38,273 nt of DNA from Bigelowiella natans CCMP2755 (GCA_000320545.1 ADNK01002211.1:1-38273), one strand, 5' to 3'; counted from the stretch's first letter, positions 12,626 through 26,214 are shown. The notes: generated from the letters alone by a model not told the origin. Numbers and translations: made by a program.

Positions 12626-13017
12626 CAAAAGGCAAGGTCACGGGATCGAAGCTTGGTCAGGAAGCAAAAATGGTCAACAAAGTTGAAACAAAAAAAAGTC
12701 GGGTCTGAAGCAAAAATGAGAAAATTCCAAAAATCAAAAGTGCAATGTGAGGAAGAAGCAATCTCTGAGTGAACAAGACAAGGAAATGATGAGTTCAAAA
12801 AGAAGACAAAGAAGACAAGCAGCCAATGTGCAACCTGGAGCGTGCGAATCAGAGGCGGTGCACTCGGAAGGAAAACGGGTTGATCAGTTCGATCACACGA
12901 CCTTCATTGTCATTGTCATGTTGCGACAATGATGATGATGATGATGATGACCGCAACGACAACCGCTCGTCGCAATGACAACCGGTTGCGTCCCAAGCGC
13001 CCCCCACCAACGGGCCG

Positions 13018-13095
13018 CCAAACAGGCGCCAATGTGGGCGCCAACACAACCAAACAGGCGCCAATGTGGGCGCCAATGTGATGACAACAGGCGCC
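13018..13095. repeat. GGCGCC-containing direct repeat, 32-bp period
   Basis: CCAAACAGGCGCCAATGTGGGCGCCAA at 13018 and 13050. GGCGCC occurs at 13025, 13037, 13057, 13069 and 13090. Confidence 0.9.
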
Positions 13096-14174
13096 CATGC
13101 GCGCCACGCTGTGTCCGCCATGACCAGGCGCGACATGCATGCATGGATCAGGATGATGTGCAACTACAAGCACACACCTGGGCGCGCGTGGGCGCGCAGA
13201 TGTGTGCTCAATGACTCTCAATTGAAAATTCATGCCATTCGTTGCACACTTGATGCAGTTGTGATGCGATGACACATGCACTCCACGTTTGCAACCAATG
13301 ACAACCATCTGAACCACAGCAGCTGCTGCTGATTGAACACGCTGGCAGCGCATGCGGATGACTTTGACCACGCACATGCATGCGCCGGAGGCTGCCCGTG
13401 CGCGCTGCATTGTCTGGATTGTCCCGCGGTGATGCTGCCACCAGACGCGCGCAGACATGCGTCTAGCTTGTTCGATGAGCCTTCTGGCTCACTTTGTGTC
13501 ATTCATTGCCACACTTTCTGCATCGCGCATGCGCCTCGATCCCGCCAGCTCATCGATCATGCATGCTGATGTCAACTTGCACGTGACGTGAGCATCGTGT
13601 TGTGTGAGAGTGCGTGCGTTGCGATCGATGCATTGCATGTCGCATCATGTTGCCGCATCAGCTAGATTAGCCACGTTTGGTCGATCTAGAGTCCTCTAGT
13701 CCTGGCCGGTGTGCATGGCATGCCAGCATGTGGACATGAGCGCAAGAGCTTGCTGAGGCGTGTGCGCACGGGGTGTCCATTAATTGCCTTAGAACTTGAT
13801 TTCTCGATCCAAGCTTGTTGCACACGAGCGCATGCGCATGCTGTGATGCAGGCTTAATTGACTGATGTGTACGACGCGTTTCGCCCTGATGATTCGGTCA
13901 TCTTTTTTTGGACCTAGTGCACATGCAATGCATTTCGCAAGCTAAATGGGCTGCATGCTCATCAGCATCACAACGCACTTGCTGCTATGGCAATGATAAA
14001 GAACGACACAAGTGCAGAGCTATGGCGGAGCACCGATGTGATCGAAGCTGGTGCAGCTAGTCCATGGTTAGATTTGGACTCTACGCGTCAAGAAAGGCAG
14101 GTGATGTAGAAATATGGCAATACGACTGCCAAATGTGTGCTCCCTAAAATTTAAGACCAAGGTGTCCTTATACA

Positions 14175-14975
14175 TCACTTTTTATTCTTACCACTCTTCG
14201 TGGCTTTGAGGTATGCTGCATATCCAATAAACACTTCCTGGACTATTCCTGGAATCAAGATATACATGGAAAATTCTCTTAGAATGCTAATTATTTTGGA
14301 TAATGACTTCCAAGAACGCACGTATTTGTTGTTAATGCGCTATAATAATATAATAAAGAAAATGAAACAGGAACAAAAAATATCATCGGTGTTTTAACCT
14401 AAGAATAGGAACATCGCGTGATATATATTTTATTCATGCAAATGTATGTAGCAGCATGAATACCTGCACCTATCCGTTTTATCGTTTGGATTATTCCCTC
14501 CACATCAGGAACCACGAAATCGCTTGAAGTCACAATTTTTGATTTGCCAGTAACTACTACCGCAGAATCTGCTGCTCGTTTTCGCTTCTTCCTACCACTG
14601 GTAGTAGGTGTATCGTTGCGAAGAACTGGGCACAAATGTGCGGCGGTTGCAACTGAAAACTAAAAAAACAACGCATTCAACAATAAGAATGAACAGTATT
14701 TGGATTGACGAATACATAGTTAGGAATAAGGAGTGAGTACATCAAAGACCGATGAATACCTAAATACTACCCTTTTGTTGAAACTATAACAAACACCATT
14801 CGTACGTACGTACGTACTACTACTACTACTACTACTTGCAACCTTTCTTGGTGTTTTGGAGTCATTCTTCCATTTAGCAACAACAATACCACCGTAAGCC
14901 CCATAAATATCATAGCCTATTTCCAAGTACTTCCCCACCGATATTTGAAGATCCTTTTGTTTATTATAGATTATA

Positions 14976-15007
<32 letters not shown>

Positions 15008-16381
15008 TGTCAATATTCATTTGCTGGCCGAAGCAGCAGCACAGACTTTCCTCCTCCTCCTCCTCCTCCTCCTCCTCCTCGCTATGTAGTAAACAAGTAC
15101 AATGCTATACATATTAGCAAGCTGCTTATAGCAAGTAATTGATTATATATGAGATTAACTATGTGCCCTCAATTATATGCACGAAAAGAAAATAGTAGTA
15201 GTAGTAGTAGTAGTAGTAGTAGAGTAGTAGTAGTAGTAGTAAACCACTGCCATTGTTGGTTGTATGCTAATATTCCTCCTCTTCGTATACTTTTCGTTGA
15301 TTCATAGCAATGCTATTTGTTGCGTCGTTAATCAATGAAGCAATTGACCAGCACACTCACCTTGACGAAAAAATCCACGGGATCAAAGCCTGGCAGTGCT
15401 CGTTCGAGGCACTTATTCTCCTCAACCCCATCATCATGACCTCCTCCTCCTCCTCCTTCTCTCTTTGTTTTCTTCGAGTTGTTGTTGTTGTTCTTCTTCT
15501 TCTTCCTCCCCATCATCTTGGTAATGGAGGTCAAAGATGCGATAGGACCTAATGAAATGATGTGTGAGGATATAACAATGAAAAGAGGAAGAAAGGTAGG
15601 AAAAAAAAATGGTTGTGAGGACAAGGTCGGTAGAAGAATACAAACCGAAAAACAACGATTTAGTAGTAGTGCTCTCATTATATATAATACATGTATAAAT
15701 CGCAGTAAATTACTTAGAGAAAAGTATTAGTGTGTGTGTGTGTGTGTGTGTTTAGCGTATGTTGTGCTGATGCAAATGGCTGAATGTTGCTACTCTTAGC
15801 ATATAAGAATTATCTGCTGCAAGTAAGTAGTAGTGCTTACTACTGCTTCATTGACCTAAAGATACTGGATCTAGCATAATGAAGATATCAAATGACTCCT
15901 ATTATTACGTAGAACAAACACAAATATAAAGAAGAAGAAGAAACAGTTAGCAAAAGAAACGAGGAAGTAAGAAGGTAGAACGGCATTAGGGTTTAATAGT
16001 GCATCGTTGAAAACAAAGAAGTAGTAAATGATGTATTATCACTGTTGGTAGTGGTAGATAGTAGTAGTAGCGGAAATACTATGAATTGTGTAATATTATT
16101 ACCAAGGGCGTTTTAAAGATAGTTTTCCATTCTTTAAATGAGTATGATGATGATAATGACGACGATGATGATTGAGATGGATTTCTTGTTCTTGGACCAC
16201 CATCACCACCACCACCACCAACCCCATCTCCATGAATATTTTCTCCCCCAGCAGCAGCAGCAGTAGATTTAAATAAACATCTTTTCCTTAAATGATTTGA
16301 CGACGCACGTGCATAAGTCGTGATACGTCTAAGGAGTTCTGATGATGGTGACTCCGATGTCCACATCTATTGAACACATAT

Positions 16382-16415
<34 letters not shown>

Positions 16416-16589
16416 ACACATTGAAGAAGAGGAAGACACAAAAGAACTATCAATTCAACACATTACAACAAAATCTCAATCAGCATAAACTATTGGTTAT
16501 TATATTCCTACTAATTAATAAATACCATATCCATATAGTACTAGTTACTATAGGAGGATTACTATTATCATAAGCTACTACCACTACTA

Positions 16590-16628
<39 letters not shown>

Positions 16629-17416
16629 TACTAACCTTTGATTCAGGATCATCTTTTGTAATGATGTACATAGCCGCCCCTCCGCTATCTGTGGTGAGAT
16701 CATTATGCGAGAAGAAGAAGCAGAAGAAGAAGAAGAAGAAGAAGAAGAAGAAGAAGGAGAATTCATTCACCATTGATTGAAAGCTTAGCGGAGACTAAAG
16801 AAAAGGAATGGTTTTGTTGTCTTTCTTCCATCTCTTCTCTTCATCCTCCTCTTATGATTATATTGAAGAGTTGTAGTATTTCTAGCAGCAGTATATATGC
16901 ACTATATTATCATCTCCATCCCTACACAACAACAATAACAACAACAACAACTACTACTACTACTATTACTTCAACTACTTCAGAACAAAGATATAATGCG
17001 ATACTACTACTACTACTACTACTACTACTAATAATAATAATAATAGACGATGGTACACATCCTCCTTACTACATTCCTCATCATTATGAATACACATCCA
17101 AGTTCTCAAGAATACATTGTATGAATAAACTACAACTACTATACAACATACACGCACAACAAGTGCACAAAAATATGACCTCCTCCCTTTCCACGTCGTT
17201 CCACAAATCTTTTGAATGAAACATAGACATTAAAGAATAATAATTCAGAAAACACCAACAATAATAATACAAAGGAGGTATGTGAAATGGTTGCTTTTTA
17301 CTGGTCATCTACTAATCATAGACAATTCAAGTATTAGTATTAGTAGTAGTAGTAGGATGATGATGATGATGATAATGATGATGATGACAATGACAACACT
17401 CTCATATGTAGTATTG

Positions 17417-17447
<31 letters not shown>

Positions 17448-17741
17448 CTCAATATTATACTTCTTACTTGGCAGCAGCACGTGATTTATCTTTGAGCGAC
17501 ATTTCATCATTCACATCCACAATCAAAGGCTCATCCTACCACCAAATGAAAAGGCGCCACATGACCGAAAACACAAACATACATATTTTCAATAGTAATC
17601 AACCTTTTTGTAACAACAACAACAACAACCCTATGATAGATTCTCAGGAATAAATATATGTGATAATACTACATAATTTCCTTATTTTATTCCTTATTGT
17701 ATCATTATCCTTGATATACCATCATCATCATCATCATCATC

Positions 17742-17777
<36 letters not shown>

Positions 17778-17838
17778 ATACTGCTACTACTATTACTATT
17801 ATAATCTTCTTCTGTCTCTCCTCCTCCTCCTCCTCCTC

Positions 17839-17869
<31 letters not shown>

Positions 17870-18821
17870 TTAACCCTAATGCTACCTTCCATGGATGTGT
17901 GCCAAGTAAATCAAGGAATCTAGAGATAAGATAAGATAGATGAGCAGGAAGGAAAGAAAGAGAAGAAGGAAGATGAGGAAGAAGTAGATCAATTATTTGG
18001 TGGTTAGGTATCATAGGAGGATGATAATGATGATGATGCGACAAAATCAGCATATTATTTAGCAATAGTAGGCGTGAGCCATGGTAGATGTAATGGGTTG
18101 TTGATCTGAAGAAGAGTCGTAGTAAGAAGAAGGCATGGGAATTATAATGTGTATAACGATGATGATGATGGCGATTCTGCTGCTGTTGTTTGTTCTGGCT
18201 TCTAACGAGTCATCATTGATTGATATACCAACCATTATCAAATATAGTAATTGATCATAATCATGATCATCATCGTGACCATCATCATAAATAAAGAATA
18301 ACCGAATAAATCCGCTAAGTGAAGATGCTGGTGATTGTAATGACGCAGATCCAGAGTTAACATAAACCTTGATGATGATGATGATTATGATAATTATGAA
18401 TAATTGATTGTTAGTTGTTATTGATGAACCCGACATTCATTCATTGATGAGGAGACAACAACAAGATTATAGGAGGTAATAATAGAAGAAAACTACCACA
18501 ACAACAACTACTACTACAACTTAACACATGACTTAATATGAATCACGGCACAATAACAAGAATACACCAGGAAATAATTGTTTAATCTAAAAATAGAAGT
18601 TAGCAGAAAAGATACTTAGCTTCGAGTTACTTGTTCATTTATCATCCTTTATTATTATTATTATTATTATTAATATTATCATTGTGATTATTTGCGCAGG
18701 TATGTAGCAGTTGTATGTTGTTGTTGTTGTTGTTGTTGTTGTTTACCGCTGCTACTATCAGTTCAATCGCTTCGTCGGGAAACCTGATGATGATAGATAA
18801 TCAATTAAATAATAACAAATA

Positions 18822-18858
<37 letters not shown>

Positions 18859-19688
18859 GTAGTAGTAGTAGTAGCAGTAATTAATAGCACATTATTCGGA
18901 TTATGTTAGAAGAAGGGACTCTAAATAACTACAGACGCCTTTTATTTACATCTTTGTTAGATGTAAATTAGTTATGCTTTTAGAACAGCATTTCCTCCTT
19001 CCTTTCTTTTCTTTCACTATTACGGTCTATTCATCTTCTACTACTGTTGCTGGTACTACTACTTACTACCTTTGTAACGGTTGTAATGATGCTCGAGGTC
19101 CAATCGTTTTGGGCCTATATTTATCACCATCACAAGTAGTATTTATCATCACATATAGTAACAAAGTCATTCGAGTTGCTGTAGTAGTGCAGCAGTTGTT
19201 TCTCAACATACATGTCTAACCCATCAAGTATTGTATATTTGCAGTTGTTTCTCAACATACATGTTCCAACAAGTCATTCGAGTTGCTGTAGTAGTGCAGC
19301 AGTTGTTTCTCAACATACATGTTCCCATCAAGTATTGTATATTTGCCGACAATTCTCGATTTCTCTCTTCTTGTTTTAAGTAGTAGTCCGTTGATTGTAT
19401 TGTTTGTTATTACCCTAATTGACTGCCTATTTCGTCTTCAGGTGCTGCAGCAGCTGCTTCCATCCTTATATTTATATGAGTATTATAATTTGCGCAGTAG
19501 TATTTAGGCCGAAGAACGCAAAGAAAGGGTGAAATGATGATTGCAAATGATAAAGAAATGCTTATGTTTTTAAAATGTCCTTCTCAAAAAGATAATATGT
19601 TTGCCCTTCATGTGTTAAAAAAACTTTCTTAAATACGATAAGTTGTCAAATTGTCGTAATTCAAATTTATTAAACAACAATTAGTCAT

Positions 19689-19724
<36 letters not shown>

Positions 19725-19843
19725 TAAACCATTCCAACGAACATGCTGCTCTCGATGAGAAAAGATGCGCCGCCGCCCTACCATACAGAATCGAGGAAGA
19801 ATAGTGTGTATGTGAGTAATTGTACTAGTAGAATTGTAGTAGA

Positions 19844-19876
<33 letters not shown>

Positions 19877-20478
19877 CTATTTGCTATTCGTACACACACA
19901 TATGTAATCATCTCTGCTACTTCTTACTTACTTACTTACTTACTACCATCTTTTTGCTATTCTGCACGCAGGGCCATAAGTTGGATGTTTGAGGGAGAAA
20001 CTACGAATCTGCCAAATCACAATAACAACAAATGATTTTTCATCACCGACGATCGATTATCTATTCATTCAATAATTGATTGGCATCATCATTTAAACAT
20101 ATTAAATTATTTATCATTTTCATCGGTAAATAATATTATTAATACACGAAGAAAAAGCGAGAAGACATTCATTCATCCATCCATCCTACTAACCAGAGAA
20201 TGGTGCTTGGGGCGAGCAATGAGATCGCGACGAAATGCTCTTGCTGGAATCTTATCATAGTTGAATAATAATGTGTAACAATAGTAATTAATAATATAAA
20301 CAACAACCAACCAAACATCGTAACAACATCATCAATACTGATTAATGCTGCAATGCTTGAAAGCACACTTTTCGGGCTAATAATTATAACTGACCCCAAA
20401 GGAGGTTAGTTACTATTATAATTCGTAATTCGTATATCTTCTGTTCTTCTCTTTCTTTCTTCATTGAAACAAGTCTAT

Positions 20479-20510
<32 letters not shown>

Positions 20511-21107
20511 TTACTACTACGTCAACAACAAAAACAAAGCCAAGATGTTGTTGTTGTTGTTGTTGTTGTTGTTGTCAGCATATTAATGACTACCATTGAG
20601 TACTACAACAACTACTACTACCTTTGCTTTCTCCATAGCTAATACCACGCCATCATCATCTGCATAATGACCCCTATTATTTGCACACCAGTCAGGAAAA
20701 CCACACAACACAGTAGTTGTAGTAGTAGTAGTCGATCAGTTATTTAGAAAGCAACAAACAGTATCAAAAGGGAGGGAGGGGAAACAACATATAATGAAGC
20801 TTTTAAATGTATAATAATATAGCTGATGGTATTGATCTATCTATCTATCTTCCTATCTATCACTATACACATGTACTACTACTACTACCATCGGTATTTA
20901 TTATTGACCACCTTTGCTGCTGCTGCATTATAGCTGCTGCACTCGCTTTGGCGAGAGACTACATACACAACACATAATCAACATCATATAACATCATCAT
21001 TTAATGACATATAAGGAGTCGGAGAATATGGGAAACACTTCTTCTACCTTTTACCCCCTTGACACACAAAAAACAAAATAATACAGATTATGATATTCAA
21101 ATAATGA

Positions 21108-21141
<34 letters not shown>

Positions 21142-21514
21142 TCTCTGGCTTAATGATATCGTAGTATATACAATTACTATTGACTTGAATGATATTGTAT
21201 GTATAACTACTACTACTACTACTACAACTTGCTATCACCTCACGATGTGCCATCTCTCTGTCGTATAAAATACGCATTCGAAAGCAAAACCCTATGACGA
21301 TGACGATGACGACGTTTAGTTGGTAAAATGTAGTAGTAGTGATATGCTACTGTTGGTTATTCGCTACTACTACTACTACCCCATTACAACACAAATTAAG
21401 TGGTAATAGACATGTTTTAATAGACGTCATCATCATCATCGTCATCATCATCATCATCCCTAACAATAAGACTATATCCAACAAAGAGTAGACGGACGTA
21501 TTTGTACTTGTTGG

Positions 21515-21584
<70 letters not shown>

Positions 21585-23279
21585 TTTGATGCTCAGGTAC
21601 TCCTCCTACAAGTACAACTACTACTCTAATAGTACCAGCAAATAATACGTCGATATGATCGTGAGCCGAGGAAGATGACATATCCCTACGAGGAGGAGGA
21701 GGAGTATTAGTAGCATTAGTAGCAGAAATGAGTAGTAGGAGCAGCAGCAACACACTAACAAACGATAATAATACCAAAGTTAGTCGCAGCATGATGATTC
21801 AAATAGTAGAGACTGAATACGCTGTTAGTTTGATACAACTAGAGCCAGTCAGTGATCAACCGACCGATGACTACAATGATTGCTGCTACTACTACTACTG
21901 CTACTGCTACTACTACTCAAAAGAAAAAGAGAAGATAATACGGAAAACATCATACAGCTCAAAGAAGTAAATCAGTAGTAGTTGTTTCTAACCTATTTCT
22001 CCTCCCCTACCCCCCCCTCTCACTCTTTGAACACACGTCTGTACTACAAATAGTACAGACATTACAACAACAACAACAACTACTGCTGCTACTACTAGTA
22101 CCCGAATTCATTCTGAAAAGCAGTGTGCAGCTGGATGTAAAATGCCGTTTTTATTCGCATAATAGCCATTGGATCGTCAGGCCAACTAACCAGCACGTTG
22201 AGAAGAAGAACAAAAACAACAAGAAGAGAAAAATAGAAGAAAGGAACAAGTAAGAAGACAACCGATATCGAATACGCAGAAAACACTAATCACACTACTA
22301 CTGTAAAGCATAACATTTATTTGTCTTTTATTGTTTTCCACCACCACCACCACCACCACCACTTTCCCCCTCCTACTCCTACATGCTCTTGTTTTTTTAA
22401 TTTCTTGATGTTTTCTGCTCCTTCGTCCGTAGTTGTTTAATGTTAGTTGGTGGTAGTAGTAGTAGTAGAAGCACTGTTGTTTTATGTTAGTAGTAGTAGT
22501 AGTAGTAGTAGAAGAAGAAGCACTGCTATCATCATCATTTCACGATGATGACGAGGACGACGATTAAAGCTGACCCCTCTTCCTTATTCTTCTTCTTCTT
22601 AAGTACAATAAAGTGTATAACAACAACTGCACTAATCAGTTATTACGCATCATCATCATCATCATCATGATCATCATCTCACCGATTTGAAGTTTCGAAA
22701 CGAATAATCATCTCCACGACATCAAGGCCTCTCTTGACTGGTAGTAGTAGTGAACACCGTCCTAATTGCTGCTGTCGAGGACAATATCATAATAATGATA
22801 ATAATCATTATTATACATTGTTAGTATGGGTATCATGGAGATTATAGTTCAATATCCATCATCTAACATCCTCTTAGCATCATTTCATTCTTATGTATGA
22901 TTAGTATTTTTATCATTCTTATCATTCACTTGCTGCTGCTGCTGCTGCTTTGCCATCATCATCCTTCTCCTCGTGATTTGAGAGCCAAAATCCTTTAACC
23001 GCAGGATCGGTACTGGTGGAAATGGTGCTGTCGATCTATGATGATGATGATGATTGATGATGATGACGACGATGATGATCACAACACACGAACACACGAT
23101 CTATGATGATGATGATGATGATTGATGATGATCACGACGATGATGATGATCACAATCGATCTATGATAATGATGATGATTGATGATGATCACGACGATGA
23201 TGATGATCACAACACACGACGACATAGGGTACAAATTCAAGTAGTTATCCTCTATAAAATATGACCAATAATATATATA

Positions 23280-23318
<39 letters not shown>

Positions 23319-23402
23319 ATCTTATACCTGAGAGCAGGATGCGAAGGTAAAACACCCAAGATAGTGAGAGGTAGGGAACGAATACTTCTAAGCCTGGCAA
23401 TA

Positions 23403-23440
<38 letters not shown>

Positions 23441-23605
23441 CATATTTAGTGCTGCTGATAACAAGTCTCATAATTCAGAAAACAGAAATAAAAGATGAGT
23501 AGCTACAATCCTTTACTGCACATAGTAGACTGTAGTCTTGTTGCTATTACTACTACTACTACTACTACTACTACTACCAATAACCACTACGTGTAATATG
23601 TTATT

Positions 23606-23637
<32 letters not shown>

Positions 23638-24104
23638 GCTTGTAATATTTTCGAAATACCTTCTCTCAAGTTCTTTGGTAGCAGTAGCAAGATGGGGAGA
23701 AGTCACGAGAGGGTCAATACTTACAACACGTTTCATCTTACGTATTGCCTGAATTGTTGTTTGGTTGTTTGTATGTGGTGGTGATTGATATTGATAGATT
23801 ATAGGCTCGCTATTATGGTGGGGATTGACGGCTATTCATGCATGATAGTTTTTGGTTGCAGCAGCAGCAGCAGTACAATTTGACAAGCATCATTCACATA
23901 TTATTACCATTACCCAATTATTACTACATTGATAATGCATGCAAAAAGGTTGTTAAATGGGATTGAAAGTAGTGGTAGCAGTTAGTAGTTGTGGTAGTAG
24001 TAGCAGTTATATATTATATTTATATTTGATAGGAAATGATGATTATTGATGTTCTTTTGCTCCTTCCTCTTATTCTGATTCATGTAGTAGTAATTGTAGT
24101 AGTT

Positions 24105-24143
<39 letters not shown>

Positions 24144-24710
24144 ATAAGAGCAGTACTCGCTTTTGGAGTTGAACAAGATGTTCTTGCCATCTCCTACGCT
24201 CTTTTGCATTTCTTGGTGGTTTTCCTTTTCCTCCTCCACGATGATGATATTGAAGGTGTGAAGATGAAACAATGCTCTCAGGAACGAAGAAAGTTAATGG
24301 AGATCGATAAGTAAGCATTGCAGATTCTGGCTGAGACAGTGTAAGTGATAACGACGAAAAAGACGCCGTATACTTGTTCTTGTTCTTATCATCATCATCA
24401 TCATCATCATCAGCTGTCGTAGTAGCAGTAGTAGTGGTGACGACTTGACTAATATCTTCCTCCTGAGATTAGTAGTTGTAGTAGTTATTGTGTAGTATTC
24501 AATAGCAGTATGAATTCACGTAATAAAGATAGAGAGGGAGAGGGAGAGGAAGAAGGATGTATCACGTATGTCGTAGAGAACATAATATATATATATATAT
24601 ATATATATGAATATTATATATGATACACTTTATTTGTATATGGTTTCTAGTGTGAGAGGGAAACCACAATATATCCGTATACTCTTCCACTGTGCCATGT
24701 CATATAAAAT

Positions 24711-24749
<39 letters not shown>

Positions 24750-24910
24750 GTAGTAGTAGTACCTTGACATGTCTTCGGAGAAGGTGGGTCGCAAGATCAA
24801 CTAAAATATTTGCTCCAGAAAACATCTTTCCAGTGCCTTTGTTGCTGCATTTTCTTTCTTCTTCTTCTTCCTCCTCCTCCTCCTCGTCATCATCCCACAC
24901 AACCTGCATT

Positions 24911-24947
<37 letters not shown>

Positions 24948-25884
24948 ATAAAACACAACAAAAATCAAATAACAATTTGCAACTAAAGAAGCGGCAATCT
25001 CACTGTAGATATTGGTGGTAACAACTTACTAAGTGGTATTATTATTCACAATAATAATGTACAACAAGTGGTATTATTGTTTACAAAACACGACAATATG
25101 ACCCTAAAATATTATTATTATTATCATTATTGTATACTAGTAACCGCTTCGTTTATTCTTCCATCTTTAAACCGTCGTAGCTCAGATCGATCACCCCAAA
25201 AAGCACGAAATTGCTGATTATTATCAAGGAGACGATACATGTTAATATTACGAAATTGCTGATTATTATCAAGGAGACGATACATGTAATATAAATTTAT
25301 AAATAATAATTATTATTATAATAATAATAATAAAAATATAATGAATGATAACGATAATGATGAGCTACTGCTACTACTACTACTAGTACCTTTGCAGCTT
25401 CCTTATCATTTGCAGCAGGGCCAAGTTCTATCCGCTTAAATCTTTCAACCACAATGACCAAAACAATAATAATTATACACCAGCAATACATCAATCTAAT
25501 TATCAATAAATTGAGAAAATGATGAGGACTGATAGATGATAACAAAAAATATTGTGTGGAGAATTGGTACAATAATCAAATAAATAAACACAAGGAGATT
25601 TGAATATAATCTGTTAAGTGATATTACGTAGTTTCGATATCTTTGGACAACAACAGGCCCACCTGTTTGTTGTACAGTATATTTATGATATCGCACACAC
25701 ACACAAATAAGTCAGTAGTCATTTATGATGTTTTCGTAATCGTAAAATACATGATGATAATACTGCTGCAAATGCAGTTATAATATGTTGTGGTAGCTGC
25801 TTAATATTATCATCATCATTATTATTATTATTATCATTCTTTAGGGTACCATACAACAACTCGGTTCTAAAATCATTGCATATC

Positions 25885-25927
<43 letters not shown>

Positions 25928-26214
25928 TTGTGTGTGTGTGTTTATGTATGTTATATAGCGAGAAATCAATGGCATCATCATCACGATAAGAACGATTTGA
26001 TTGTCTTAGTAATTATGAATAAATGATATCCAACAGCACACTAATCAATTGATCTAATACAATAGCAAAGTTATTCATCATCTTCCTCTATTTATTTAAT
26101 CACCACAATATGATGTTTCCGTTGAATAATCTTCTTCTCTTTGTTGTTATCATCATCGCTTTGATTAGTGCGTTGCGCCATATTTGTGAGCAAGAGCTCG
26201 ATTCGATCACCTTG

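Larger units (their letters stand above)
10800..14100. other. TpA-depleted, TG/CA/CG-rich intergenic island between convergent genes
   Basis: From 11740 to 13666 there are only 8 TA dinucleotides (7 in CTAG, 1 in CTAC). TA density rises gradually on both flanks. The island is visibly more GC-rich than its surroundings. Confidence 0.92.

Noticed and set aside
12340-12740. Terminal inverted repeats around the palindrome
   Set aside because: Only weak A/T-run similarity, not symmetric about the centre, and no target-site duplication, so no mobile element is called.
13018-13095. CRISPR-like array (also the repeats at 3165-3483)
   Set aside because: Eukaryotic context, only 2-3 units, no unique spacers of regular length and no cas genes.
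10890-13569. Dense cluster of overlapping Cys/His-rich, Tyr-poor ORFs (also 510-1004)
   Set aside because: Loss of TA removes TAA/TAG stops and Tyr codons in all six frames, producing spurious C/H-rich ORFs. No family motifs are present.
10800-14100. Classical RIP or CpG-methylation decay as the cause of the TG/CA excess
   Set aside because: RIP enriches TpA and 5mC decay depletes CpG. Here TpA is absent and CpG is plentiful.
17868-17880. Interstitial telomere-like TAACCCTAA
   Set aside because: Fewer than two units, next to a C run; expected by chance.
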